From: Trichinella spiralis
Taxonomy: Eukaryota
NCBI RefSeq assembly: GCF_000181795.1
Contig: NW_003526941.1
Coordinates: forward strand, 3,969,637 to 4,033,636
Reading direction: 5' to 3'
Length of the DNA: 64,000 nt
Positions within the stretch are counted from its first letter, which is position 1, and the number at the start of each line of letters is the position of its first letter. The notes beneath the pieces are model-generated. The model ran no database searches, was not told the origin of the DNA, and saw nothing but the letters and a program-made list of their open reading frames with translations. Both the position numbers and the translations under genes were made by a program. Shown piece after piece: positions 14,242 through 38,751 of the stretch.

Positions 14242-14482
14242 TAACTGATGATAATAAAGTTGAAACGGAAATCTGATATTATGAAAGATTTGTGTGGACT
14301 GGTCGTATGTGTGTGTTTCGAAGAAAATCCGTCTTCACAGTCCCTGAAAAGAAATGAAAAAAAAATGAACACTATCTTCTTTCCAACTTGTAAATGTCAA
14401 AAAAAAACTCCTCATTTCTCACAATTCATCTGACCCGAAAGCAAATGGCAAAATTGGCTAATCTCTACCGGCAAACTGATTG

Positions 14483-17397
<2,915 letters not shown>

Positions 17398-20300
17398 AGT
17401 TGCTTTGTCCTGCAATGGTAATTTTTCGAAATAGAAAAATTGACCAATTGAATACTACTGAACGCGCAAAATTTCCACTTGACACAATAATGCCAACAAA
17501 TAATAGTTAAATTTTTAGGCAAACAAACAGACAAATATAAAAACCCACATAAAAAAAAGTATACAACATTTTTGTGTTGACGACGGTGATGATACTGATT
17601 GATTGAAAACGAGATCATCAAATCCTATAGTCGAAATGTTATTCGACCCTGCGAGCAAACGAAGAGTACAATGACCGCAGAGATTGGCAATCTTGATCGA
17701 ATGAAGATAATGATAATCAAGAATAATAATAATTATTATTATTATAAAATACAAAAAGACTAAAGCAGAAGAGAACGTAGGTCATGTAGAGAAAAAAAAA
17801 TTATTGCTAATCAGAACAACAACTACAACTACAACAATTGAGTGAAATGGCAAAACGGTGCTAGAAATTTCTGATGAAGCAGACCAGCAGCAGCTTCAAT
17901 AACTGCAAAACTGGTTGAACTGAGCAGGAAACAATTTTTCAAAATCATATTCAAACAAAAATTCATTCAACAATACAACAATTTTGATAATGCTCAAAAA
18001 TTTGCAAAGTTGATGAAGCAAACAAACAGCTCTTATTATTTCTTGCTTAATCTTTTTTGTAAGCTTAAAAACTGTGTACTGAAATTATTTATGAAATAGT
18101 GATGAAGTAAAAATGTTCAAATAATATATTGCAATATTAGAATTATATTCAGAGTTGCACTTACATGCACAAACAAATGCTTGATTATGTTATTGTTTGT
18201 CGAAATGATAAGAAAATTTCTATTTTAAACATTGAATTTGATTGTTAATGATAGCCGACTAAAACTTGATTGATGCCTCGATGTGAAACTAATTAACAGT
18301 AGCAATAAAAATTATGAAATAAACAAATAAACAATCTGAATTAGTTGTTGTCCAACGATGCTAACTCATCTACTGAGCTTACTCTAACAACAGACAAACA
18401 AACAATCATTTTTGCATAAAGCTGAAAACTGAAAATAAGCAAAATTGAAGGCTAGCATTGGATATTCAAATTTCAAATACAGCGCAAGTAATATTCTACA
18501 AATTAAACAAAGAAAAAAGAAATTAAAAATCTATAAAAAAAATCAGCTTGAAAAGTGTTGCGTGATGAGAACAAGCTAATTGGTAAAGTGGAAACTTGTC
18601 GTCATACGTCTCCACAAATAATGCGATGCTTTTAATAAAATAATGCATAAAATGAAGAGCTGTTTGAAAAATACCAAATGCGATTATTCTATTACTATTG
18701 TCGTATAAGTCTACAAGAAAACTGTGATGCTCACTTGGCGAAATTTACTTCAAAAACAAGCGCAAAACATATCATTCTTATCCTACGAATGCATTCGCTT
18801 TACAGAACAATCATTTTGATCAAACCAATATTCGACATTAAAGTGATATACTAAAAAGTATTTCATTTAATTATCGTTTGAAATTTATTATTAAAAATTT
18901 TCAAGTTGATTAAAATTCATTTTGACACATCTCAATTCAATATGCTTCTTTTTTATCAGATCAAATGAAAATACAAGCATGATAACATAAATTATTGATG
19001 GTAAATTATTATGAAACGGAGTTTTTTTTACCATTCATTTTCAAACAAAAAGCAAAAACCTCTACAACAATACAAAATTTCCATTACTAATGACGAGCAG
19101 TTTTACACACGAACATCCATTTCACGCAAAGCACAAAGAATTGTAAAAATAAAATGAACAATAAAATTTACGTTAGATGAGATGAAATGAAATGCAACAA
19201 TTGTCATTATAATAAAATTACAAATATGACAAGTAAATCACAGTTTAAATTGATGTTACTTTAAATTGGTTAATTCAAGGTCTATGATCCTGACATAATT
19301 AGTAATAGAAAAGGTCGATTGGAAGTGAAGATTAAAATTGCTAATTTTAATAAAACTGATTTCTTGATTTACAAAGCAAATATAGTACGTTAAAATTCAA
19401 ATAATCCGACAATAGACTACTTACTTTTCGTTTTGTTGAACAATTTTTCAAATTCAGAAATTTGTAAAAGATCTAAGCTAATGCAGAATGTTGAAAACAA
19501 TGAATAAAATTAAACAAATGTTACCACCACAATCACGTGTTTCATTTAAACATTAAAAAGCTTCCTCGTGAGAGTCCAGTTTGCGAATCTTTTCACAAAT
19601 CATCAAAACCGCCGCACAATGCCATATAGCACATTACTTTTCTTGCTTTGCCCAACAGTGAATTAACTCAGATGAAACATTTTCTAAATTTTACCGAAGA
19701 TATTGATGATCAAAATTTATCATAATTATTCTACGGATGATTGATTTTAATTTTTAAAAAAGGTTTCCCAATTATCATCAGAACAGGTTCAGAAACTAAA
19801 GCCAATGTACATTTTGCTCGTCAATCCAATTCGCAAGATGTAATATACGATTAAACACTTTTCAACTGGTGACATTTCTTCATCGATCACCAACAATTTC
19901 ACGCATACATAGAGCGTGGAATTTTTGAAGAAAAAGAAAGAAGAAAAAACATCCCTACTCATTAGTAACCTTCGAGCGCTAAGCATTGAAAGTGCTATAA
20001 GCAGAGATGCACAACAGAGCACACACACACACGTGACAAAAGGTGAACTAACAGAACAAAAGCAACACACTTCAAGCGTTCCATCGAGAAAGCAATTCAT
20101 CAATATTATCATCTTCTTCTCAATCGATGATAATACTATGACAGAGAAAGTGCATTTTTGCTTTTCAACAAAAACTTCCATCTAACAAAGAGCTAAATTG
20201 AAATTCAAATTTGCAAACATTGAATTTGTTCATTATTAAATAATGATGAAACCGTATTTGCACTTGCATTTCTACAACGACCCTATCACTTAATTATCAT

Positions 20301-21589
20301 TAATAAGAATTCAAATAAAACCAAACAGACAAACAAAATTCATTATTATTTTTAAAAAATCTGCTGAAAGTTTATAACCAACAGTACTAAACAACCAATT
20401 TTTTCCAAATACAAAACCAAATTTATCAATACAAATTTCGAAAACATACTGTTTACCATTTTATATTGAGAAAATGAAGCATATATTTTGCATAATCGAA
20501 AAGCAACAACAGGAAATATTTGAAATTTTAAAACTTGTTAAATGTCAACTAAAAGTTAAATGAAATTTTCAAACTGAGAAACACTATCATCCATGCACAC
20601 TTGGAGAAGAAGAACGTTAAACTCGCAAACAAGAGAGGAATCGTATTTAATAATAACAACGCACACCGGCGCGTAAACATGTCAACAAAAATTAATGCGA
20701 CAACAATTAAAATTTGCTGCTTGGCGTGGGATGGGAGAACCGGGGAAAAGTAGTAATTGTGAATAAATTGCACATCTATTATATCAATGCTGCTCAAAAT
20801 TTGCAATCACTTCCCACGCAAACATCCCGCATGCTTGCATCATCATCATCATCATTATATTTTACAAAAAGCAGCAATGGCCTGCTTAATCGTTCTGCTG
20901 TTGCAAAAATTGCCTAAAGCATCATAATAAAAAGCACTCGTTTCAAGGACTGTTTGATTCCAACCCCCTGCTTTCCCCCTCAACACCTACCACAATCTTT
21001 CCAACAACCTAAATTGTTACCAAACTGCACATCACTACCACCTTTACACAACTGCTTTATTCAGAATTAAACCTGGACTTATTACACTGGGTTGAGAAAA
21101 TATTCTTTTTTTGTTCCTTTTTATACTAATTTTCTAGTTGATTAAAACATTTCATTAGCAGCTGCATATTTGGTAATATTTGGAAAGCATCTAAATCAGT
21201 GTTCAAGAAAAATCACGGATGAAGTCATTTTACAGGGTATTTGTCAAGTTAAAAATTTTCCCAACAGGCATGTTCCACTTCGCAGACAGACGTAAATTTG
21301 ACATTTCAAGCAAACAATCTATTATTGCTTTGATTGTTTTCACATTATTACTGAATAATCAGTATGAAAATCTAATGTTTAAACAAAGGAAAAAATATAC
21401 ACATGCAGCATGCATGCATGTGCGTATGTATGTATGTAAACAATTATCGCTACACAATGCTCTTCAGGTCAACATTAGTAATACTGGTGTGGTAATTTTA
21501 CCTCAAGCGAGTTATTGCAAACAAATGAAAATAGAAATATCTTACAAAACGGTTATTAACCAATTGGACATTCAAAGAATGAATTCAAA

Positions 21590-23843
21590 ATGCCATTTAT
21601 GACTTACAAATTGATAAATGATAAACAGACGACAAAAAGCACAAATCACAACTCCAAAGCTGAAGATGTGCCAAGTGAAGATAGTTATGCTAATTTAAAT
21701 GTAGAATTCAATTTTACAATTTACCCATTGCAGATTTATTATGTCAGCCGATAATTTTGAAAACCGAAGACATTCGGAAGCAAGTGGAAAATTTGAAATT
21801 ATTACGTTACACGATAAAAGTCCATCATGAATCTGAATTACGACAGTTGAATGAAAAGCACGACCAAGAGCAGCAAAGTGCAGAAAAGTATATTCATAAA
21901 TTGTTGGAAAGTGTTGAAAATATCCAAAAAATACGAAAACTGCAAACATTGGAAACCAATTCTCCTCCTACAGTTGGAAAGGTGGAATTTGAACGATTAT
22001 GTAGAGATAATAATATGTTGTTTGTTATAAATTTCTATTGTTCATTAAAATTTTTAGCGAATGCGATTGGAAAAAGTAGAAGTCATGTCAGTGAAAAGTG
22101 GAAAAGAGAAAAATTTTGAAAGAGCACAACAAAATGCAAAATACAATATGAAACTTACCGCTTTAGTTAAAGGCTATTTCACTCGTCGTCTGTTCCGTAC
22201 GGATGAGGTGAAAACGTTGAGAATGATGTTCAACCATTTACATACGCAACTTGATTCCATGAACGATAACAATAAATTATCGCCAATTGAACAACATTAT
22301 AAGCAGCTGGTTGTTCTTCAGGTGAGGAATTCTGCTAGAATAATTATTCTTATTGCAAACAGAAACAAAAAAATATTTGTCATATAGTTTGTAAACTGAG
22401 TCGAATTTATGCAAAATTAATAACACTATATAAGAATTTGAATGAGTAAATTTGATTTATTTTTCATTTATTTCATACTTTTTTTATATTTAGCATATGA
22501 TATCATTAAAATTAAACAAACAATCTTCTACTCTATAATATTAAAATGAAGTGTACATATTACATTCTAAATAAATAAATATATACATATATATAATTAA
22601 TTTACATATAATCTAAATATAATATTCTCCCTGAAATATTTCTTTCACTGTCTAATCAATGCGCACCGAGAAAATAATTGAAAATGCTGTCCACTTTCAT
22701 AAACAAAATCGATAAACAATGTATAAGAAGTATCATTATACCAAAATTAATAATAATTTATTTCTGCCCATAAATGATATCGACAATGCTTAAAGACACA
22801 ATATACTTATATCTTCAAGTATTTTAGACATATTTCAATTATTTAGCATAGTTCTGTTCTACAGCAAAAGCATTAATTGACGAAAATCATGCTTTATTTC
22901 TTCTCTTACGTGCAATTTATTTCAATTTTAAATAGCATGTCGAATGAAATTCCCCATCCTTAAAAATATTCTAAAAAGATTATTAAATAATGAATTGACG
23001 CATAAAAGGATCGTTTCCTTATTCCATATAAAAAATGTATTCTATTAATAATATTGTACATAATCACATTCTAGGTTACATTCGTATAATTTGAAAGATT
23101 AATATAATTTTTTCATAAATAATAATAAGTGCCCTATGAAATATGCAGAAAAAATCATTTTAGAAACAATATGAAGCTTTCATTCATTGTAATTCATTTC
23201 GTTAATAAAAAAAATTTGAATTGATTTTTATTTATACATTTGAGCTTACTTTGTTATAGGATATTATTGAATACAATAAATGATACTCTTGCAAACTGAA
23301 CTTACAATAAAGTTAATTTAAATTTTTTCATAAAATGTATGCATGTATCCATCCAGTAAATACGCTGCTCAATTTATCCCTCCTTTTCTACTGAATATGA
23401 ATGTGAACATTGTAAAACAAAAATGAAAACATACTATCAAATTATGTTCTCGAAATAACAGGATTTTATATTCAATTAATGTTTACTATTTAAATGAATG
23501 TTATCAGATGATGCTGTCTTATATGCAAAAAAAAACAGTGAAACTTGCTGCAATGGATGTTTAAATTTTCGCATTTAATTTAAGATTAAATTTATACTGA
23601 CTACCATCAATCGAATATTTTTCACGCTGTCCACGAAAGAAAAACTGAAACTCATCTCACGCAGTGGCAATTCCAAAAATACAGTAATTTACGATAATCA
23701 AGTTGACAAATTTCATTTCTAAAATTGGTTGCTTTCAGGCTCAGTTGATGCAGTGGACAGATGCATATTCACGTTGTAATGGATGTGTCGAAGAACAGAA
23801 ATCGTCCAATGTGCATTTGATGACCAAAAAACGGATCAACTGA
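21590..23843 (+). CDS. Coiled-coil protein with an IQ-like motif resembling the centriolar CP110 C-terminal region
   Basis: Exons 21734-21981, 22058-22321 and 23739-23843 join in frame with GT-AG sites. Motif LTALVKGYFTRRLFRTDEVKTLR. The 5' end (ATG 21590) is uncertain. Confidence 0.55.
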
Positions 23844-24529
23844 CCGTCAATGCATGCATCAATAACATACATGTGCAATTAAGTTCGGTTAACCAATCGC
23901 CGACAGTTTAATAACATATTTTCAAACGAGCGGAAAATGGAAATGAGATCAGTGCTTTGCGATTCTGCATGATTAATAACTAACAATAATTCACTTCTGA
24001 TTCGATTAACCGACAAATGATTAAATACTCTTGAGTTGGGAAAATAAAATTATTTTTCAAAAAATAGCTCAAACAGCGTCTTCAATGATGTAGTAAGAAA
24101 AAAAAACCATTGACGATTTTTGGCAAAGTGCCGCTGATGTCATTTGGTTCGCCCAATGACAAATAAGGTTGTTGATCAAACGAATTTTCAGCAATTTCAA
24201 AATTGGCTATTTACAACTTGAAAATAAATTTAGTTGTATATTTGATTGCAACTCTAATTAAACGACCGGTGTCAACATCTAGAGGCTTTTCCTCAGGGTT
24301 AGGCGAGAAGAGAGGGGACTGGCAGAGCTTGAGTTGGATTAATATAAGAAAGCAATCACTCTGCATGTCACAATGAGCTGAACAATATTTCTTCTTTCTA
24401 TCCGGGAGCAATTAGTTATCAAATGATACATTTCGAAAAGATGGAAAATGAATTGTAAAATTCATATGGAAAAACTGCATCCCAGTGGTGAATAATTAGA
24501 GAAGAAAACCAAAAACAATAAAATAGCAC

Positions 24530-27500
24530 GATGAACAGAAAATGTGGGTGTATTTCAAAAAATAAAAAAAAAAGTTGAAATTCTTTCGCTTTTTAAATCC
24601 TAATTAACAATGGTCAAAGAAACATGCTGCACAGTTGAACACCAAGTTCGTCGGTACCTTGAAGCCAATTAATAATGCCCACGTCTTAAGGAAAACCATT
24701 AGCAAAACTGAGAACTTAGCCGACCAGTGAGGAAGCCAGATGATGATCCGTGACTGGCTTGTCGAATGGTTCGTTTATTGCATTCCTCGTTGAAATCACG
24801 TGGGCGACTGGCGGCAAAAACCAATAATAAATGATAGAATATTGAGCATAGAGTTGGTTCAGTTTGCTGATTTACTTGGCGCAATTTATTGCGGTTGTCT
24901 TTATTGAACAAATACGGTGCAGCTATAAGAGGACGCTCTGGTCGTACGAAAATTCAGTCTTACTTTCGACGTATTTCACTGCACACCATCAGCAATCACA
25001 ACTGTTCACATCACTCTCTCCCAGACATATACACAACAACCACCTTATCATTTCACTACTCCACTCAACTTATAATCGTCAACAGTAATACAAAATGCAG
25101 TTTTCAGGTAACTTTTCTAATACACATTATATTAATAATTATTTAAATTTCACATCGCAATATTCTTTAGTTCTATCAACGTTTTTTAATAGCACTATTC
25201 CTATATGAGTATACGAGCCTCTGCTGAAGAATAATTTTAACATTTTCATTGGAAATTGCAAATCGTATTATGCAAATTAAATAACAAATCATAAAAATTC
25301 TAATGCACAATTGTCTTTCATCTTCATTCATCAACTTTAAAAAACATACATCGCATTATATCAAACTGTACGCTAATTCTCAACCTAATATCCCCAGACT
25401 AGTAGAACAATTAGTTTGTACTAAAAAAACGATGTATGTATATATTACAGATAAAGATAAAATTGTTAGAATGAAGAGTCAAATAAATTTCTCAAAAATA
25501 AAAATATCCACTAAATCACAAACTACATAAATGGAATAATCTTCAGCTGCAATCGTACTTTCATTTAAAAAAATAAGCAAAAGTTGTAAATTCGTGGAAA
25601 AATTATTTAAATAACTTTCATATTTAATAAATAAGGTCGATACTGTTGGGATTTTAAGAATTGAATCGATTTTCATATTAATTTCGCTATATATAAATGA
25701 AAATTAAAAGCTTGAAATCAATAACTTTAAACTGAATTTCAGTTTGCAAATAATATAATATTAAACTGATATTCATTACACGCTGGTAAGACAAAATGCT
25801 GAGAAAAAGTAATAACTGAAATTAATTCAAAATTTTTCACATAATGAATATTCTTAAACTTAACAAAACAAAAAAATAACAGCTTAATACCCATGCTATA
25901 AAAAAATAACCAGAAAATGAATAACAAATGCAGTTTTACCACCGCAGTTAATTTTATAATGACAGCATATTGATTATGAAATGTCGGTGAAAAAAGCAAA
26001 ACCAAACCTCTATACTATAAAAAAGGGAAATTATTTTTAAAAGTCATTATCAAATATCCGATTACGCTACATTACTTATTAATAATGAATAACTTAAAAG
26101 CCTGAGCAAATTTGAATTTCAAAACCAACCTCTCAACCGCAAAAAACTATCCGGGCAAAAAAAACTTATAACTCAAAATTTCAANNNNNNNNNNGATGAA
26201 CAGAAAAATGTGGGTGTATTTCAAAAAATAAAAAAAAAAAAGTGAAAGTCTTTCGCTTTTAAATCCTAATTAACAATGGTCAAAGAAACATGCTGCACAG
26301 TTGAACACCAAGTTCGTCGGTACCTTGAAGCCAATTAATAATGCCCACGTCTTAAGGAAAACCATTAGCAAAACTGAGAACTTAGCCGACCAGTGAGGAA
26401 GCCAGATGATGATCCGTGACTGGCTTGTCGAATGGTTCGTTTATTGCATTCCTCGTTGAAATCACGTGGGCGACTGGCGGCAAAAACCAATAATAAATGA
26501 TAGAATATTGAGCATAGAGTTGGTTCAGTTTGCTGATTTACTTGGCGCAATTTATTGCGGTTGTCTTTATTGAACAAATACGGTGCAGCTATAAGAGGAC
26601 GCTCTGGTCGTACGAAAATTCAGTCTTACTTTCGACGTATTTCACTGCACACCATCAGCAATCACAACTGTTCACATCACTCTCTCCCAGACATATACAC
26701 AACAACCACCTTATCATTTCACTACTCCACTCAACTTACAATCGTCAACAATAATACAAAATGCAGTTTTCAGGTAACTTTTCTAATACACATTATATTA
26801 ATAATTATTTAAATTTCACATCGCAATATTCTTTAGTTCTATCAACGTTTTCTAATAGCACTATTCCTATATGAGTATACGAGCTTCTGCTGAAGAATAA
26901 TTTTAACATTTTCATTGGAAATTGCAAATCGTATTATGCAAATTAAATAACAAATCATAAAAATTCTAATGCACAATTGTCTTTCATCTTCATTCATCAA
27001 CTTTAAAAAACATACATCGTATTATATAAAACTGTACGTTAATTCTTAACCTAATATCCCCAGACTAGTAAAACAATTAGTTTGTACTGAAAAAAAACGA
27101 TGTATGTATATATTACAGTTAAAGATGAAATTGTTAGAATAAAAAGTCAAATAAATTTCTCAAAAATAAAAATATCCACTAAATCACAAACTACATAAAT
27201 GGAATAATCTTCAGCTGCAATCGTACTTTCATTTAAAAAAATAAGCAAAAGTTGTAAATTCGTGGAAAAATTATTTAAATAACTTTCATATTTAATAAAT
27301 AAGGTCGATACTGTTGGGATTTTAAGAATTGAATCGATTTTCATATTAATTTCGCTATATATAAATGAAAATTAAAAGCTTGAAATCAATAACTTTAAAC
27401 TGAATTTCAGTTTGCAAATAATATAATATTAAACTGATATTCATTACACGCTGGTAAGACAAAATGCTGAGAAAAAGTAATAACTGAAATTAATTCAAAA

Positions 27501-27851
27501 TTTTTCACATAATGAATATTCTTAAACTTAACAAAACAAAAAAATAACAGCTTAATACCCATGCTATAAAAAAATAACCAGAAAATGAATAACAAATGCA
27601 GTTTTACCACCGCAGTTAATTTTATAATGACAGCATATTGATTATGAAATGTCGGTGAAAAAAGCAAAACCAAACCTCTATACTATAAAAAAGGGAAATT
27701 ATTTTTAAAAGTCATTATCAAATATCCGATTACGCTACATTACTTATTAATAATGAATAACTTAAAAGCCTGAGCAAATTTGAATTTCAAACCAACCTCT
27801 CAACCGCAAAAAACTATCCGTGCAAAAAAAACTTATAACTCAAAATTTCAA
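24530..27851. repeat. Direct duplication 24530-26184 / 26195-27851 across a 10-N gap
   Basis: ORF pairs are identical at an offset of 1666-1668 bp; the gap is at 26185-26194; few SNPs. Confidence 0.95.
26590..26624 (+). promoter_or_regulatory. TATA box plus initiator-like element
   Basis: TATAAGA at 26590 and TCAGT at 26620, 30 nt apart, ~140 nt upstream of ATG 26761. A duplicate TATA lies at 24924. Confidence 0.55.
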
Positions 27852-28105
27852 ATTTAGGTGTTACCTTGGTAATTGCGTGTATCGCTTTGATTTCTTGTCT
27901 GTACAGTGTTGACGCCCTTTCTCTTACGCGAGGCACAATACTGAAACGAGATGACGCAGAATTGCCGCTGCCCAACGAAATGGATCCAAACTGGAAACTG
28001 ACACCGGTGTATGTACAACGATCTGGCGTCTATCGACCATATGTTATCACTGGACGATTTTCACCAAAAGATATACCAGAAGACAGTGCAATTCGTTATC
28101 CATAG
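26761..28105 (+). CDS. Unknown 86-aa secreted precursor
   Basis: Exon 1 26761-26773 (ATGCAGTTTTCAG|gtaact) and exon 2 27858-28105 give [86 protein letters not shown]. Confidence 0.7.
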
Positions 28106-29123
28106 ACAGACAGCATTGTAGGCTGAAAATTACTTTTCTTATTAGTATTTTCGAAGATGATTAATTTCAATTCAAAAATTTTCTCATTCAAATTCAATTT
28201 ATGGCTAGTTAAAATACCCTATCAAAGTTCTCGATGTACATATGCTATTCGTATAAATCAAAATGTACACTTTCTTAAATGACAAAATCGAACTCACCAA
28301 TACAATAGTACAATAACAATCGCAATAAAGTTTGAAAGCAATTTGTTTGCACTTCAATTCATTTTTTCTTACTGTACATTTTAAAAAATCGTTGTATAAA
28401 AAATAGTTTAACTTCCTCTTACAAATCGACTAACTTTTCTTCATTACATCATATCGAAAAATTATTCCGATAACAAAACACACGATAAATACACTTGAAA
28501 TTTTTTCATCTTCCTCAAATGGAATTTTCAAATTCATCCTCGACGAAATACTCAAATTTCTCAGCTGTCAAAAAGTGATCAAATTTATATCTCTAATCAA
28601 TCAAAAAAATATCATCTACTACTATGGTTAGTGATACTCAGCTTCTACAGTAAGACAAAACAAACAAAATAAAAACCACTTGCCACACTAAAAAATGAAA
28701 GGAAAAAAATTATACAAAACATTTTCACTATTAGAGAAATTAAAAATAAATTAAACTGAGACAACTGTTCTCATAATTTAACACTACTAATCTACTTTAG
28801 ATGATTTCAATTAAATAAATGAAATTCACGATCAAACATTTTAACCAACTGTCACAAACCGTAGCGATTTCTTTTTTAATTTATTAATGGACAAAACCTT
28901 TTTTCAATCACCGTCCCATCTACATTTATAAAAAATTTTTTTCTCAGTACAATGCTAAACGTTAAACCAAAAAATTAACTAAGAGGCAGAAGAAACAACA
29001 CTCCAAAGTTTTAATTGACAAAAAATTATTACCGAAAATCGTTAAATTGTGTTATACAAGGAATATTCAAATTTTCTTTCCATTGATGTCAAGAGTTACT
29101 GCTGTTACAGTGATGCAGCAATT

Positions 29124-30849
<1,726 letters not shown>

Positions 30850-31004
30850 CTAGGGTAAAATAATTAGCACAGTAATAATTTGTACCGCTCACTTTGGACC
30901 ATGTATAGCAGTGTTGACGCACAGCAATGACACATCTGCCTCAGATAAAACAATATTTATTTAATAGATTGATTTTATAAACAAAAACAATGCATGTCTT
31001 TTAG

Positions 31005-32607
<1,603 letters not shown>

Positions 32608-33229
32608 AGGCTTATACTGTATAAAATGAAACGCAAGTAAAATTTAAATATGATGTGGTAGCTAGATTTTTGTAGGTGAAGTTAAAATAATAATTAATAA
32701 ACAAACGATAAATTTTTATACAATTCATTTAATTATTATTTATTTTTAATTTCAAAAGTAAAAGATTCATGTGCACTTACTGAGAGGTCTACTCTGATTC
32801 TGCATAACACCTACTTTTCCGCATTGTCCTACTTTACTTAGTCTGTGATGCGGTGCCCATCTCTTCGCATTTTCGTTCGTATCTCCTTTATACTGCTAGG
32901 GGTGATCAGCATTTGTTAAATTTCACACAATCCTATCATTTTAAAAATATTTATCATTTGTATTTATCACGATGTTTTTCTGCATTATCTGGAACAAGTC
33001 AACAATAAATGCCCATCTGGTTTACATACATATGGTAGTTGTAAGGAACAAATGATGCAGTACAACATTAAAATTAAAAAAAACACTCGATAAACCTACT
33101 GTAATAGTTGGAAATGTAATTTATTATTTGATAAGAAACAGCAAGGATGTTATGAACAACGCATTCATCCACAGTTATATCTGCTTAAAAAGATGCTGAC
33201 AAAGCAACAGATACTACGTATTTCAACAA

Positions 33230-34560
<1,331 letters not shown>

Positions 34561-35140
34561 CTAAATACAATTGTTATACTATTTTTTAAACAAAGTCTTA
34601 CCGAATTAATAATTTCAGGCTAGTAAAAATTTTCTGATACAGAATACATTCAGTGTATTCAAGAACAAAATGCTAATTTTTAAAATTAAACATTAATTTT
34701 CACAAAACACTTCAAATGTTTATTATTTTGCACTGACGATTCAAATGAAGTTGTTTTAATTTAAATATTTCTAGTAAAATCAAAAATTAATTCTTAGAAA
34801 AATTATCAGCATAAACAAATAAATAATAACGATTGATAATTCAACGGTACATGTTCCTTCCATCAAAAGCATTTTTCTTTAGTGCATTACTGTTCAATGA
34901 CTTTCAAAATTCTTTCATAACTCACTTTAATAAGAATTCTGTATGTAATGATCATTAAAACACAGCAAACATTACAGTGAAATTTAAACATTAAACAATT
35001 CTATCAATAACTCATCGCTGAACTGTTATATAAAAGAACAAACAGAAAACTGTATAACCAAATTCTACAAAAATATAGCGCTTTATATTTGTTTCAAAGC
35101 AATATAAAGTTTAAACAAATTCAAATTCACATAAAGTTTT

Positions 35141-37541
<2,401 letters not shown>

Positions 37542-38751
37542 TCAGAGTAAAAATTCGCAAATGTCAGCAATTCAACTGCCACTAAATGATGTTTATTAGC
37601 AGATAGAGCGTTTGGCGAAAAAATTTCCAAAGAAACTCAACAATGACTACAGTAATTGAATTGCAAGCATAATTTGAAAATTGAAACAACCAATGGTGGT
37701 AACTTTTATTTAAAAATTGAAAAAACCTTATTTAAATTTAGATTTTTTTAAAGAAAACCAAGAAATTAATAAAATTATTTTCAAATTTTCATAATTTACT
37801 TCAAAGCACTACAGTTCCTACATTCAATTCTTCATGATCAATTTCTTTTAATTACAAGTTAAATGTTATTTTGTAAATAAATTTAAATGAAGCTTAAATA
37901 TAAAATTAATATTTATCTATAAAAAAATAAATCAATACTTCCATTCTCAGATGAATTTATCTACCGTAATCGATAGGAAACGCAAGATTAAAATATTTAC
38001 AAAATTATCATCATAACAATTGCCATTGATTTTTCGCCAAAAAGAAATCGCCAACACGAATGATTATTCCTATTCATCCAATTTACATATCATAGCTGTA
38101 AAATATTGCACAATTTTCTCTACAGGCGTAACATTTTATAAACAAAACAAAAGCAAAAGCACAAACAAATATGCGCAATTTCGATCTCGGGACAAAACGT
38201 TTCCAAAGCGAAGTGAAAAGGGAGAGAAAATAAAAATAAGCTGCACACTCAAAAGCAATCTACCATTTCAGATTGGAAATGATAAATAAATATTTATGAT
38301 ATTTTAAACTGATAAATGATAATGATAATAATAATAATAATAGTTGCTGTTGTATTATAATGATGAATGTATTTGCATGAGACAAAGAAACATATAAAAC
38401 AGAAAGCAACAACAAAACTGGGCAAGGTAAAATGATAAAATTGGAAAGAATTAATTTTCATAACAGCAGCACCAAAGATGAGGCGGCGAGACAAATTTCC
38501 GTAAATTCGTGGGCGTGTGTTTGTGTCTCTAATGCAGACGCCTCTTCAGTGGAAGAAAAAAGAAGCAAATAAGTTTTTCGAATGTAAGTTTCGCAGTGCA
38601 CCCCAACCATCCGCATTAATGTAGCAAGGAAAAAATAATGAAACTATAATAACTGGCAGCACTATGCTTTTCGAAGGCTGAGGCAGCAGCGGCGAGACTA
38701 GGAGGCAATAACAAAAAGAAAAGAGAAAAAAAACAGATGCGTTACAATTGC

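Noticed and set aside
32767..32900. Hairpin-forming island with an 11-nt match (GTCTGTGATGC) to a conserved 18S rRNA motif; possible snoRNA
   Set aside because: There are no convincing C/D boxes, and the H/ACA pocket geometry would not target a U. It is explained more simply as the MVB12 5'UTR exon ending at the gtaagt donor near 32780.
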